DNA of 63,505 nt, counting the filler, from Nemertoderma westbladi (Eukaryota > Animalia > Xenacoelomorpha): NCBI GenBank assembly GCA_032718475.1. It is 4 parts of 4 records of this genome, joined end to end, with 100 filler letters (N's around TTAATTAATTAA, not from the genome) between each part and the next. Parts side by side here need not be neighbours in the genome. Positions count along the whole stretch, not along the records: positions 15,386 to 30,657 come from JAUCBJ010008749.1; positions 30,758 to 54,615 come from JAUCBJ010001889.1; 2 more parts are not named here. One strand, given 5' to 3'. The position numbers and the translations under genes were made by a program. Shown here piece after piece: positions 26,401 through 39,800 of this stretch. The first letter of the stretch is position 1; each line of letters starts with the position of its first letter. A model generated the notes under the pieces. The model made no database searches. It saw nothing but the letters and a program-made list of their open reading frames with translations, and had not been told where the DNA came from.

Positions 26401-27316
26401 TACCCCCTTCTAGGTTATTGTTTGTTGTATTTGGTCTACCCCCTTCTAGGTTATTGTTTGTTGTATTTGGTCTACCCCCTTCTAGGTTATTGTTTGTTGT
26501 ATTTGGTCTACCCCCTTCTAGGTTATTGTTTGTTGTATTTGGTCTACCCCCTTCTAGGTTATTGTTTGTTGTATTTGGTCTACCCCCTTCTAGGTTATTG
26601 TTTGTTGTATTTGGTCTACCCCCTTCTAGGTTATTGTTTGTTGTATTTGGTCTACCCCCTTCTAGGTTATTGTTTGTTGTATTTGGTCTACCCCCTTCTA
26701 GGTTATTGTTTGTTGTATTTGGTCTACCCCCTTCTAGGTTATTGTTTGTTGTATTTGGTCTACCCCCTTCTAGGTTATTGTTTGTTGTATTTGGTCTACC
26801 CCCTTCTAGGTTATTGTTTGTTGTATTTGGTCTACCCCCTTCTAGGTTATTGTTTGTTGTATTTGGTCTACCCCCTTCTAGGTTATTGTTTGTTGTATTT
26901 GGTCTACCCCCTTCTAGGTTATTGTTTGTTGTATTTGGTCTACCCCCTTCTAGATTATTGTTTGTTGTATTTGGTCTACCCCCTTCTAGGTTATTGTTTG
27001 TTGTATTTGGTCTACCCCCTTCTAGGTTATTGTTTGTTGTATTTGGTCTACCCCCTTCTAGGTTATTGTTTGTTGTATTTGGTCTACCCCCTTCTAGGTT
27101 ATTGTTTGTTGTATTTGGTCTACCCCCTTCTAGGTTATTGTTTGTTGTATTTGGTCTACCCCCTTCTAGGTTATTGTTTGTTGTATTTGGTCTACCCCCT
27201 TCTAGGTTATTGTTTGTTGTATTTGGTCTACCCCCTTCTAGGTTATTGTTTGTTGTATTTGGTCTACCCCCTTCTAGGTTATTGTTTGTTGTATTTGGTC
27301 TACCCCCTTCTTACAG
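17449..27316 (+). repeat. 36-bp tandem array of 274 units (GTTATTGTTTGTTGTATTTGGTCTACCCCCTTCTAG) ending at the helicase splice acceptor
   Basis: Length 9868 = 274 x 36 + a 1-bp insertion at about 21511 + 3 extra nt in the last unit (TTACAG instead of TAG). Confidence 0.98.
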
Positions 27317-27894
27317 AAACGTCCCAACCTGCGAGTTATACTTATGAGTGCCACGTTGAGCGAACAGCGTTTCCAGGACTACTTCAACGGCTGCCCTTTA
27401 CTTCGTATAGAGGGCAGAATTCATCCAATCGCGATCAACTTCTTGGAGGATTGTTTATTGGAGGGTTCAATCGAGACACCATCAGCTGTTAGTCCAATAC
27501 GATACGGGGGGTTCGATCGACGGACTCCAGATATGATTCGGTGGTCTAAGGAACGGGATTTATTTCCGTTCTCGAAGGCGAGACGCGAAATCCATACGAT
27601 TTATCAAACTTTCATTGACGGCGCTTCTACCGACTCTCCTTGCATTGCCAATGCAATGCAGACTTTGGATCACAGCGGTGTTGCACGGCCCTCCAGTCTA
27701 TTTGCTTTAATCAAATGGATTTGCATTAATCGCCCTGTTGGTGCTATTCTTGTATTTGTTGCTGGATGGGGTGGGATTGCTAATATAGTGGGTTCGTGTA
27801 AGAAGGATCCGCTACTAAGGGACCCAGATAAATTCCTCATTGTGCCTTTGCATTCCAAGATGCCTACAAAATACCAGAAGGATGTTTTTCAACG
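27317..27894 (+). CDS. DHX36: DHX36-like DEAH-box helicase, first visible exon (5' exons absent from this contig)
   Basis: Acceptor TTACAG|AAA. Peptides KRPNLRVILMSATL (motif III), GAILVFVAGW (motif IV) and DKFLIVPLHSKMPT. Donor CG|GTTAGT. Confidence 0.82.
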
Positions 27895-28389
27895 GTTAGT
27901 TTTACTGAAAAGTCGAAACCTTTTTGAGAAAGATAATTTATATTTTTATATTTGCAAGCTTACTCTAATTCCTCTAATCACTGTCACAATGTAGCATAAA
28001 TAACAAAATGTTGTTAGTAAAATTCATTAAACTCTGTGTGTCTACTTAATCAAATATGTGTCGGTCGGTAGCAGTGTGTTGTCTTTCAAATTTTATTCAG
28101 TGAAAATCACTGCGAAACTTTGAAATAGACTGAAACTTCAATATTTTAGCTATTGCTAAAACGATATAACTTCACTGCCGCAAAAGAATGTGATTTATTA
28201 CATTTGTAAAGTGTCGTACAAGAATATTTCTAATTTAAGTTCTCTGGTTTTAGTTAGTTTAGGTGTCATAAAAATTATATTAAAAACATATTCTGTTGTA
28301 GGAGGGTTATCCATAAAATCAATCCGGTATACATTTGGTTGTATTTGTGTAGGCCTATAGTATACACATTTATTGTTATACTCAAATAG

Positions 28390-28885
28390 ACCCCCAGATG
28401 GCGTTAGAAAAATAATAATTTCCACGAACATTGCCGAGACCAGTCTTACTATTGACGACGTTGTTTATGTTGTCGATTCTGGCGAATTTAACATGGTCGA
28501 TTACTCCCCTGAAGATAATCTAAAGGGGTTGAACCTGTGCTATGTTAGTAAGTCGAGCGCCGAGCAGAGAGCAGGGAGATGCGGTAGAACGCAGCCCGGG
28601 GAATGTTTCCGATTCTACACCCGTCTACGGTGGCAGTTTATGGTAGACAATCACAGACCGGAGATGTTGCGAACCCCACTAGACGACATCTGTTTGACTA
28701 TTAAGCTTCTTGGTATTGGCGAGATTGATGAAGTTCTTGATGATGCCATGGAACCCCCTAAAACTGGGCAAATTGCAGCTGCTATTGCGAATCTTAGGGT
28801 TCTTGGAGCTTTGCAACACGATGGCCGAGTTTCAGCTTTGGGTTATCATATAGCTAGTTTGCCTACAGAAGGGCGCATAGCTAAG
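28390..28885 (+). CDS. DHX36: DHX36-like helicase, middle exon (motifs V-VI, start of HA2)
   Basis: Acceptor AATAG|A completes the Arg codon. Peptides PPDGVRKIIISTNIAETSLTIDDVVYVVDSG and QRAGRCGR. Donor AAG|GTTAGT. Confidence 0.85.
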
Positions 28886-29287
28886 GTTAGTTACAATTCT
28901 TCTCTGAGATTGGAAATATTACTGTATGTAATTCAGGTAGAATAGGATGTAAATAATGTATTTACTTTATACTTAATATGATTACAATTCTCATGTCTTA
29001 CAATCTCAGCTTTTTCTCAATTTTTAAACTTCTCGCTGTATTGATCTATTCTTATAAAGTTCTAGATTATAAGTCTTGAAGTAAATAGTTATTATTGCTA
29101 AAATATATTTATGTTAATTAATAATTGTCTGCATTTTAATTACGATTTAAATGGAAAACTTTTCGATATCGTATTCGACTCAAATTCAAGTATTTGAGTC
29201 TAATTAATTGGTTAATTGGTTTATAGTTTGACCCAAATATGAATTTAAATATAATACGATATATAATTGAATATGATCCTTTTCCAG

Positions 29288-30205
29288 GTCATCATATACG
29301 GTGTCATCTTTCAATGTTTGGACCCATTGTTGGCAATCCTTTCTGGACTGGACGTGGACCCCTTTATGGTTCCTCTCGACAACGAACAACTCGCGATAAA
29401 ATCGAAAGTGGCTTTCTCAGAGGGCAGCCGTAGCGATCACATCGCTTTACTCAACGCCTACAAGGGATGGCTGAGAGCGGCGACAAGTCGGGATCCAGTG
29501 GTTGCTACGCGTAACTACTGCGAGGCGAATTACTTATTCCAGGATAAAATGATGGAAATACACAAAATGAAACAGGATTTCGCGGAGTATTTGAGCCAGG
29601 CGGAGTTTATCAGCTACCCCGACCCTATGCACAAATCAGTTAACATCAACCACGACAATATATCTCTCATTAAATCTATTATCTGTGGGGGGCTGTATCC
29701 ATCTGTTGGTTTATATTCGCCTTATAGTTTAAGAACACAATTTGGCCCCGCGGAATTTCATAAATGGTCGGTTAATCACCCACAAAACCAAAGGCCATTA
29801 TTAAGTTTGAAATATTTCTCATATCATGAGATTTTGCTACTAAATAGGCAACATCTTTCCATTAGCGATTCTTCAATTGTGTCATCCTCACCTTTGTTAT
29901 TGTTTGGTCACCCAGGGCAACCGTTACTACACTACGATGATCCCAGTGACCATGACGACGTGTTCCGCTTTGGTTTTATTACATTCCCGAGTTTAGAGGA
30001 TCACTGCCGGTTCCGGATCGAAATCCCAGGATCTCGTCCCGTCTGGATCTTCATAATGCGCATGCGCAAAGAACTCGATGGTATGATAGTGAGTCGGATG
30101 TTGGACCCACCGGTAGATGGCGTCCCTAATGATTATGCGATTGTCCTACGCGGATTGGTGCGTTTTCTAACTACAGACTTGGATTCCATGGTTACTGCTG
30201 GTTGA
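29288..30205 (+). CDS. DHX36: DHX36-like helicase, last exon (HA2 and OB-fold region)
   Basis: Acceptor TTCCAG|GTC. Peptides YGVIFQCLDPLL, DPF, SRSDHIALLNAYKGW and IICGGLYP. TGA stop, with AATAAA about 55 nt downstream. Confidence 0.82.
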   Translation, partial: VIIYGVIFQCLDPLLAILSGLDVDPFMVPLDNEQLAIKSKVAFSEGSRSDHIALLNAYKGWLRAATSRDPVVATRNYCEANYLFQDKMMEIHKMKQDFAEYLSQAEFISYPDPMHKSVNINHDNISLIKSIICGGLYPSVGLYSPYSLRTQFGPAEFHKWSVNHPQNQRPLLSLKYFSYHEILLLNRQHLSISDSSIVSSSPLLLFGHPGQPLLHYDDPSDHDDVFRFGFITFPSLEDHCRFRIEIPGSRPVWIFIMRMRKELDGMIVSRMLDPPVDGVPNDYAIVLRGLVRFLTTDLDSMVTAG

Positions 30206-30657
30206 GTTACGTTGTAACTGTGGTGTAACTAATCACAATGGCACTAAACTACATAAAACAATAAATATGTGATTTTAATTAAGTTTATATTATGGTAGTT
30301 AATATAAATAATTGCTGTATTAATTAGTTGTTATTTTCAATTGTATTTTGTTTAATACTGTAATTTTTTTACGTTTTTTTCTTATAATAAATCCGATTTC
30401 TCGCTTAATAATTTAGATGCTTTAGTGAACCTTATTGTACACTACGACTACAATAATTGTTTGTTGTACATGTTTGTGTAACCTCAGAAGATTCAGCGCA
30501 GATTGTAAGATAATCTCTTTCGCTGGTGATTTATATTATTATTCTGAGCGACGGGATACAAATTGTCACAACCAGTTAAATATAAAATGCCCGGCCTGTT
30601 TATTTTATATAAAATTTGTTTATATAGTTTGAAATATGAATAATGTTTCATGTTGGT

Positions 30658-30757
30658 NNNNNNNNNNNNNNNNNNNNNNNNNNNNNNNNNNNNNNNNNNN
30701 NTTAATTAATTAANNNNNNNNNNNNNNNNNNNNNNNNNNNNNNNNNNNNNNNNNNNN
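30658..30757. other. Artificial contig spacer
   Basis: 44 N + TTAATTAATTAA + 44 N. Confidence 0.97.
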
Positions 30758-30758
30758 C

Positions 30759-30810
30759 AGTACTCTGCGTTGATACCACTGCTTAAGCAGTGGTATCAAC
30801 GCAGAGTACT
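30759..30810. other. Untrimmed amplification adapter, inverted dimer of AAGCAGTGGTATCAACGCAGAGTACT
   Basis: Exact SMART / PacBio ultra-low-input PCR adapter at 30785-30810, with its reverse complement at 30759-30784. Confidence 0.97.
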
Positions 30811-33800
30811 TGAAACTTGATTTATCTAATGGTAAATCTGAACCATCGGAAGAAGAAACATTGATTTCTAGACCAATTTCTTCCAATGACCATCTATTCC
30901 TTTGAGCTACAACCTGTCTGGTTGCGGTTATATAGGCTCCTGGTGAGAACAGTCCTCCGAACCATATATGCTGCCGTTGGATGGCGTCCACTCCTTTGTT
31001 AGCAGTCAAAGCAATTCTGTTTAACTGTTTTAAACGTTCTATAAAGTCGACAAGCCATACCATAACTGTGGTCCCCTTAGCAACTTCATAACGGAGCCAC
31101 GTGGTGGGGATAATTCCTTTAGCCAAATCACTGATTAATGATCTCAACTCATTCGTTTGTTTCTTCTTGCCTTCACAAACTGCGTAAACTTGCTCTAAAT
31201 CGTTTTTAACATCATGAGTTAACTTTTTGCCAGAATTTATCTCTCTTTCAAAAAATCGAAACATTGGTTCTTTCATATTTTCTGGAGTCCGTGTCATTAA
31301 ATTGATCTTATTTGGAAGAAGTGATAGCCAATTTTTTGTTTGTTCTGCTAATTGCCGCATCCACAGCGGGCGAGAATCATGCAAGGCCAGAGTATCTGGC
31401 TTTCCAATTCCTAGTTGGGACTGAGTTTCATGGAGTTCATCAGGGTTATCAACCTCTAACACCATCTGCATTTTGTGAAGCTTCGTGGTTAGTTCAACGC
31501 CGAGTTTAATGAGCAGGAGGTGTTCCGCATTGTTAGGCAAACCCAACCATGATGGCATCTGAGAATCCGGGAGGTTCTTTACCCAAGATAGAAAAGCGTC
31601 TCTGCGAATTCCTTGTGGCATAAGTATGTGATTTCCTGCAACACCTTCTACATTCTCGACAAGAGAGAAATTAGATTCAAATGATGCTGGAGTAAAGAGC
31701 CTGTTAACAAAAGACTTCAATATCATTTGATCAAAGTCATTGTCTATTTTACCACCATAAATGCTCTGCATAATCAAACGCTTCAATGCATCCCACGGTA
31801 TATGTTCTGGTGGTATGTTATTCCGACCCTTAGAGAACTTGTCCAACCATACATCAAGCGAATCAAATGCACATTGCAAATCTGAGTCATTAAATTCGTA
31901 TTTCTTTGACCAACCCAAAGGCAAGTAGCGCATTCGCTCCTGGATAATTGCGTGAAACCAGCCGATAATGAAATACAAACGGGTCCTTTCATTTGGCGGC
32001 TTACTCATGCGGTCGCTGGAAATATCTGCAAAAGTCCGAGTTAGGTTGGCTTTTATTCCTGGAGGAGCCTGAAAAGTGATAATTCGGCCAACGCGAAGGA
32101 GACTGAAAGGTATTTTAGGGGAAATCTCCATCGTTAAAAACAATCTGAAATCATCATGGGGTTTAATGTTGTGAAGTTTCTTTTCTAATGCAAGCAACCA
32201 TTGTGGAGCAAGATGAACATTCTTCAGCATCACCCAATGACCCGACCTTGATGCGGCACTTATAGATTTCTCAGCTTGTGTAAAACCCTCACCAGAACCC
32301 ATTGCGATTGAAATAAGAGCTTTTCCTCTAATGGCAGCCAAATCATCAACCTGACTTGAAGCATCATAACCAATTTCACAGCACATCAGAATTGGGGTAG
32401 AGGGTCTAATTTCATTTGCAACAATACCTGACAAATTTGGTTGTTTATCAATTATTTTATAAAAGTTGTCACCCATAACAACTCGTATAAATTCATTAGA
32501 AGCAGCCAGAACCCTGTCGGGGCGAATTGCTTGAATAAACAGAAGTCTCATAAAAGATTGCCCAATTTCTGTTTGTGGTTTGTCTGAATCCCAACAGATT
32601 GGTGTTGACTTCTCAGGTTCTGCCAAATTAATCCAGGCCTGAAGTTCTTTTGTGTGAGTCTTGGCCCATTGAACAACTCCTTTAAATGCGTGAATGAGGG
32701 TTAGTCCTGCAAGGTGATTAGATTGTTCCTGTGATGTACCCTTGATCAATTCGACGCTGTGCAGGTTAAATGGCTTCTGAGGCCCATTAAGAAATGCCAG
32801 AAATTCGCGATCATGCGAGCCTGTAATTTGTGCTACTTGTTTCATATGAATCCGTGCCAAGACCATGGCAAAACATGCTCTATCCTTGTGAAGCATGCTC
32901 ATAGAGACTCGACGAAATGTTTCAACAAACAACTGTTCTGTGATAATAGATAAGCGTGAAGTACAGTTAGCAACTCCCTCTAATTTCCTGTTGTCATGTA
33001 GCACTGAGTTAAAAATATCTAAAAAGAATTGAAGGCTGTAATGATAAAGAAAATGCACATGATTTAAGCTTTCTAATGCAAAATAAATGAAAGAACATGC
33101 TTGACTAAGGGGCATGTATTGGTTTGAAACATTTTCAACTTCTTTCATAATCTCGTCAGTGTCATCAACCTTTCTTTGAACATCTGCCGCTTCTCCTTTC
33201 AAAGTTTCCAATGTGTTGATAATGTTATCATTGTCTAAAATATTACCTTGACACTCGTTTAGAGCCTTCAACAACGCCTTCTCTAAGTGCCTTAGTCGTA
33301 GCATAAATTCCCCTTGCAGTTTAAGTAAATCTGATCTTTTCTCATCTACATCTGCTCGCTCAGCTTTCAGACAACTGTCCAAACACTGACTTTGAAGACT
33401 TGCATGGGTAACAGTAAAGTTAACGAATGTGACTCGACTACATAGATCTGGAGGAAAATCAGCTGTGGGATCGCGAGTTGACATAAATATCTCAAATGAA
33501 GGACTGAGGTCGATATCAGCATCTCCAATAGTGATGAGGACTCGACCACCAGTTCGCTTGACTTCTTTATTAAGTACGGGATTGAGAATTGGATCATAAG
33601 ATTCAACATCTTCCACCAACAATGGGTTACCAAATCGTAATGCCGATTCAAGGTTCTTCCGGAAAGATTTATCCAAGAAACTTGTTTTTATAATTTTATG
33701 GTTTTTATGTTCATTTAACATAAAAGATGTTGCTTGGCCAGATGGGTCAATGATAAGTGGAAATCTATGATATCTTTTCAACATAATTGCATTTTCTGTG

Positions 33801-36800
33801 CAAAGCTCATCGGTTGGAAGAGAGTTTGACCGCCAAATAATTCTGTCATCAACATTTGAAAGGTATTCAACCAAACTGAGATCACTACGGAAATCAATTT
33901 GCCACTCCTTCAAGTGCTCTGACCATGTTTTGAATAGACTTTCTCTCATATACTGATCGAAGTAGCCAGAATATGCAAGGAATGCCGAAGATAATAAAAC
34001 ATCACCAATGATGGTTTCCATCTGGTGCTTGAAATTATCAGATGATAACTCCCATCTATTTTTCTCAGAAGATAAACTGCTGAGGAGAGCCACACTTCTA
34101 TTAACTTTAGCTTCACAAGTAGCAGCATCTGACTTGATTATTTGAGCTTCAGATATGAGAGTAGCGTATTCTTCCTTATATTGTACTATATGTCTTTCAA
34201 GTTCAGCAATTGTCACTGCCATTTGTTCAATTTTAAGTTTATGAATATTAGCTTGATATTCATATTGCTTGAGCTCTAATCGCATTGGTTCAACTTTGTT
34301 TAACATTGTACTGTAACTTATCTGAGCAATAGCCCACTTTACAAGTGGCCCACATGCCTGGCTGGCGCGATTTACCTTTTCAAAATTGTAATCTGGATTT
34401 TTAAGGAATTTTTCCTTCATTTTTTCACGAATTTCACTAGTGATCTGATCTGAATCGAAGTAAACAATACTTGGAATAAATGTTTCCCTCATACAGAGCT
34501 GGCGAATTTGTTTCCAATCTTCGGTTTTTTCACCAAGCAGTAGACATATCGATTCCATAGCTAACTTCACTAGGAAGGGAGGGCTAGGAAATTTTCTTAC
34601 CTCATCTAAATGTTGCTTCTTAATAGACTTTACAGCATGCTTAGCCTCCTCTAGTGCTGGCTCAACTTCGCATAATTCCTTCACAACTGCCTCTTTTCGG
34701 GAATTAATAATTTTTGTTTCTTGAATAAGTTCAACTTGAAGAGCTTCACTAGTTACCTTTTGCTGTTCAGCTTCCTGCTGGTCTTTAACCATAGCCTTTA
34801 GCTTAGCATTAGCCTCAGATTCCTTTTCAACAAGAACTTTTGATTTCACATTCAGCGATTCTTGAAGGTCTTTAACTTGCAAAACAGTTTCTTTTATTTT
34901 CTGCAAACCAATGTTTATGTGTAGCTGTTGTTCTTCTAGGTCAGACCTTTTCTCATTATATAATGAAACATAATGATTAATAAAATCTAGAAAATGTCTA
35001 GGTGTTATTGCCACCGTTTTAGATCCACGTTTAGTCATTATAGTGTTAGCTGTATGTAAGGTTTTATGTATATATACAAATGCTGTATTAATTGCATCTC
35101 GGTATATTGAGACACTGGGGATGTTGTGGTAAATCACAGGTGAATAACTAGGTGGTTGCCATGTTGTCTTTTCTAAATCCACTTTGCTGGTTAGTTCCTT
35201 ACCAACTTGATAATAAGCCAGTTTTGACCAATCACCAAACCAGTCTAACACACACCTATTGAATAAAGCTGGAGATGTTGCAGATCTGCTCTTTAAGTTT
35301 TCATCTGAAGGATTCATAGTGAAAACTACATGAAGATTGATAAGTATCTGATTTGTAAACCACTTATACAATTCTTCATTGGAATCCAGCATCTTTCCAT
35401 CTCTTTGAGAACCTTCTTTGCATTGAGTCATTAGCAATGCATACTCATCTCCTTCAAAGAGGCCTGGGATTTCACCATTTGCCAATAGTGTATTAATTCT
35501 TTCTAAGAAGGCACTTTGTAAGATATTGCTTTCATCAATTATAAAGCAAATTTTCTCTCCTTTACAACCAGAACGTCTGAGTACACACCTTAGGTCTTCA
35601 TCAAAATCTGTCATTAAGTAATTACTATGGACCTTTATTTGCACAACGGAAATGCCATTTATCCATGCGACAAAGCGGGTCAGGGTCGTTTTTCCAGCAC
35701 CGGATACCCCGATTATTAGCATATGGCCTTGAACTTGCCGAAAAACGCGATCCACTCTGAGAACATGATCTAAAACCTCATTAAATAAAACTAATGGAAC
35801 ATCAAGTTCTTCTTCATGGAACACCTTCATTCGTGCATTGACGTAGTCTCTGAGTTCTTCTCTATTTACAGGAATGTAGTCCTTACTCAGCCAATTAGAA
35901 TACAGTATTGGACGTTGCAGAGCTTCATCAAGATCAATCCCCGGGAAGAATGCATGAGCAACATCATCTATATTATCATCAGCCCATTTTCTTTCTTCAA
36001 AATTTACCAATCTATCCTGAAACAGACGCAGACCTTCATGTGCCCAGACTCGTACAAGCCCAGATGCTGGCAAAGTACCTAATGGTTTAAGTGCTTCATA
36101 AATTCCTTTGACCCACCGGGTTAATTCTCTTGGCGAGTAAACATAGTGGGGCTGAAGATCAACTGTTAGTGTATCCCTGATCCTATTGAAAAACTCTACC
36201 ATGGCCTCTGTTAATGGTCTGCTGTATGATTTTAGACTTGGGATTAGGCGAAGAAGTGCTCTATTGAATGTGCCATAAATTTGTTGGAGTGACGAAGGCC
36301 CTGGACAGTCAACACATATCAATGGCACATGACGAAGAAATCGTTGAGTTAAATGCTTTCGACCAGGGTCAGTGGGTGGGTTGCAAGCACCCACAAACTG
36401 TATGCGCTCGAGGGTAACCCAAGCCATGTCCAAGGTTCTGTAATATCCTCCATGTTCAATCATTTGTCTTAGAAACATAATAACTCGCATAGTGCCGTAT
36501 TTATCCATATCAGGCAGGTTAATTTCATCACAAAATATTATAACCCACTTTCCAATCTGTGAGGGTCTCAGGACCAAACCATTTGTTGTCTTGGCATACT
36601 CACAATAATGATCAAACGTTTTCAGTATCAACTCAGGTGTTGTTGCTGAAGAGAAGTTTAAACCAACGACTTCCATATCTGGCATAGCTTGCAGGGCTGA
36701 AAACAATATCATTGTTTTACCAGAACCAGGAGGTCCACAAAGAACAAGGGGTTTATGGTCTGCCAGCCAGGAGTGAAGTAAATTTTCATGACGAACTGTG

Positions 36801-39800
36801 TCCAGTGTAGGAACCACAACATCATGTGATCCAACTTTGTGAGTCTCAATCTCAATTATCGGCACATTGCTTTGCCAAGGTATCCATTCCCCTTCCATTG
36901 ACACATATGAGTCTATAACTAGCCCCTTACTAGAAGCTGGCAATGCTATTGTAGTAATGCTACTAATATAATCACACATATCTAATTGACTTTGTAGGCG
37001 GCAGTCGCCAACCATACTCCAGACTAAGTTGTAGATAAAACCCTTTTGGACATATTTCTCAAACTGATCCGGCTGTAAGGGAAACTCACTGTGCTCTAAA
37101 TTATATTTTATCACATTTCTAATCATCTGATTAAGAGATGAAAATAATGTTGTAATGGCTCTAATTTTTGTAAATTCCATTATGTGTTCTAACTTTTCTG
37201 CATAACTAACAGCTTTATCAACAAGTCCATTAAAATAGAAATGTGGCTGCAACAAGTCTGCCATATATTGTTGTATTCTCATTTTAGAACTTAGGGAGGT
37301 ATCATTAGTAGAATCTTTTAGTTTTGAAATATCATCATCACCTTCATTAATTGGAACAGACCTTAAAATATTTAAATGGTTTTGCATGATCATTCCAATT
37401 GTCAATATGTCATCACTGAACCATAACATGCCACATCTGGAAACTGTTGCAAGTGTTGCATATTTTAAGTCTTGAACCTCGAACATTATTTTAACATTCG
37501 AAGGTAAGTTCAATCGTTCTCCATTTGGTAGAGTTAAAAACTTGTTATCATCCAAAACTGAATTCAAATTCTCAACCCATTCAGGGTCAACATCACCATC
37601 AAAAATAATCCAATGCCTCTTCTCCATCTCCCCTCTAACATTATCAATTATTCGCCTCAGAATACTGGTAAACAGTCCATCAGTCCACTCTCTAGTATTG
37701 GGATCAAGAGTTCCATAAAGGTGCTCTTTGGTAATCGCTTTTGGGTCAATAATATGGGCAACACCTTCAACACCTTCGACTACTTCCAATGCCTTTAGGA
37801 GAACTCTCCAAGCTGTACTCTTCCCTGACCCACTTGGGCCAACCATCATAAGGCCATGATGTATATTACAAATTTGGTATAGTTGTATTACTTTTTCCAA
37901 CCATAATTTACCCACATCACCATCTTGACCATACATAAAATGTCTCTCAATACAAATTTTGACAACTTCATTCTTGAGATTACCAATATCAGATGGGTTA
38001 TGTGAGATACCTGGGAATACATCACTGAGCAATGAAAATAGCAATGTTATGTCTTCTGAAATTAATTTTGGTACAAGTGTATGGCAAACTGCTTTAATTA
38101 AAATCTCCTGCTCTGGGTAAACTTCTAAAATACATGTATCATCATCCACAATAGATGAGGTTTCACTTTTTATCTTTTGTATCATTTCTCTTTTGATGTA
38201 GCCAGCAGAAACCAACACAGATTTCAGAGCTCTCAAACCAAAATCATAATGACTCTGTTTGCTAAGTTGCTCTTCACAGAGTTGAAACAAAGGAACCATT
38301 TTTCTCGCCAACATTTCGGCCATTTTGAATCCCTGGCTGTACAACATAACTTGAGCAATTAGCAATTGGTCCGGTTTAGTCATAGACAATGAACGAAACA
38401 ATTTTTTCAAGTTATCAGGTAAGTTTGATCGCCCTGCATATCCTGGGTTCATTGTTATAAAAATGGCCATATCAGAATTAATTTTCACATTTCTTCCAAT
38501 AAGCTCAACAGATGTCTCATCCTTGCCAAATGCAGATTGCCATTTTAATTTCTCTTGAATGGCTTGAATTTGTTGCGAGCATGCTGACAGCATTCTCTCT
38601 TCAAGGCGGTTAAATTCATCAAAACAACCCCAAGCACCAACTTGACAGAGACCCACAAATATGCGTCCCATCGCATGAAAGTCAAAGGTTTCATCGCAGT
38701 TGAAAACAAGAACAAATCGACCAAGTTGACTTCCAAGGGCTTTTACTGTTTCTGTTTTGCCTGTGCCTGCTGGGCCAAATGGAGAACCACCAAATTTACT
38801 CTCGAGTGCTTGGGTCATAGTTAGGTAACACCTATCAGTAAGTGGAGTCTGTACAAGTTTATCTTGAACTCCGAGATATTCATACCCATAATTAAATTGA
38901 GCATTAGCTATCTGTATGGATAATTGTTTGAGAACATTATTTTCATTTCTATTGAAATAGCACCTGATTTCTGATAACCAATCAAATGATTTCAAGGAAG
39001 TAATTTTGCTACGGATGAGATTTCTTGCAACATCTCTTTGGTGGACCATTTCTGTAATTAAATGCTCCAATTTCTTTCTACGCAAAATTGGTTGCTCCAT
39101 CAAAACACTGTCAGCCAAGATAGTGAGAAACACCTCAGTTGTTTGAATAACAACTTCTAAAGGTTTCATGGAAGGTTTTTTCATCCCTTGAATGGATTTT
39201 ATAGCTTTTTCAACATTCTCAGTCCAAATTATTTGTGATCCTATGGTGACAAGTTGTGACTCACATTTATCAACCCAATTGAGATAATCTTTAGACTGAA
39301 GATTGGACTCTTGCAATTTAGCAATTTCTTTTATCTCAGTAAACAATATTTTCGCTAATGTGACTCTCATTTCTCTTTCTGCATTAGTTAACCATTCATT
39401 TATCTTAAGATCTGACAAATCTATTGAACTTTTGAAGCGGACATCTTCTCCTTGCCGAGATGACATTCCCAATATACTGGTTTTATCTTCGCTTGTGATA
39501 AATGTATTAATGCCAGCAAACATTTTTTTTACATGTTTCTGCACTTTGCTTATATCTTTCGCATTTCCAATAATCTCTAATAAATCGTCATCACCCACAA
39601 AATAGAAACGTGGAAATGAACTTCGCTGAGACTCCAAATATTCACCGAGTGCCTTCTGAATCTTTGTGAGAAGTTCAACTAATCGTTCAAGCTGTTTCTG
39701 TAGACCTTGAATGTTAACAACATCCATTACTAAAGGTTTCTTTGATACTTTCTTCATTAACGTTAGGAACTCTGTTGATATGCTCTGAAAACGTTGGGTT

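Noticed and set aside
17453-27492. Giant ORFs of 1354, 2504 and 1988 aa (LLFVVFGLPPSR and CLLYLVYPLLGY repeats)
   Set aside because: They are by-products of a 36-bp unit lacking stops in two frames. They use non-ATG starts, are out of frame with the helicase exon, and are shifted by a 1-bp insertion.
30710-30810. Novel dynein C-terminus [18 protein letters not shown] and a 52-bp perfect palindrome
   Set aside because: This is library adapter sequence, not biological.
30206-30811. Apparent convergent gene pair DHX36 and dynein
   Set aside because: They are separated by an artificial contig spacer, so there is no evidence of physical linkage.
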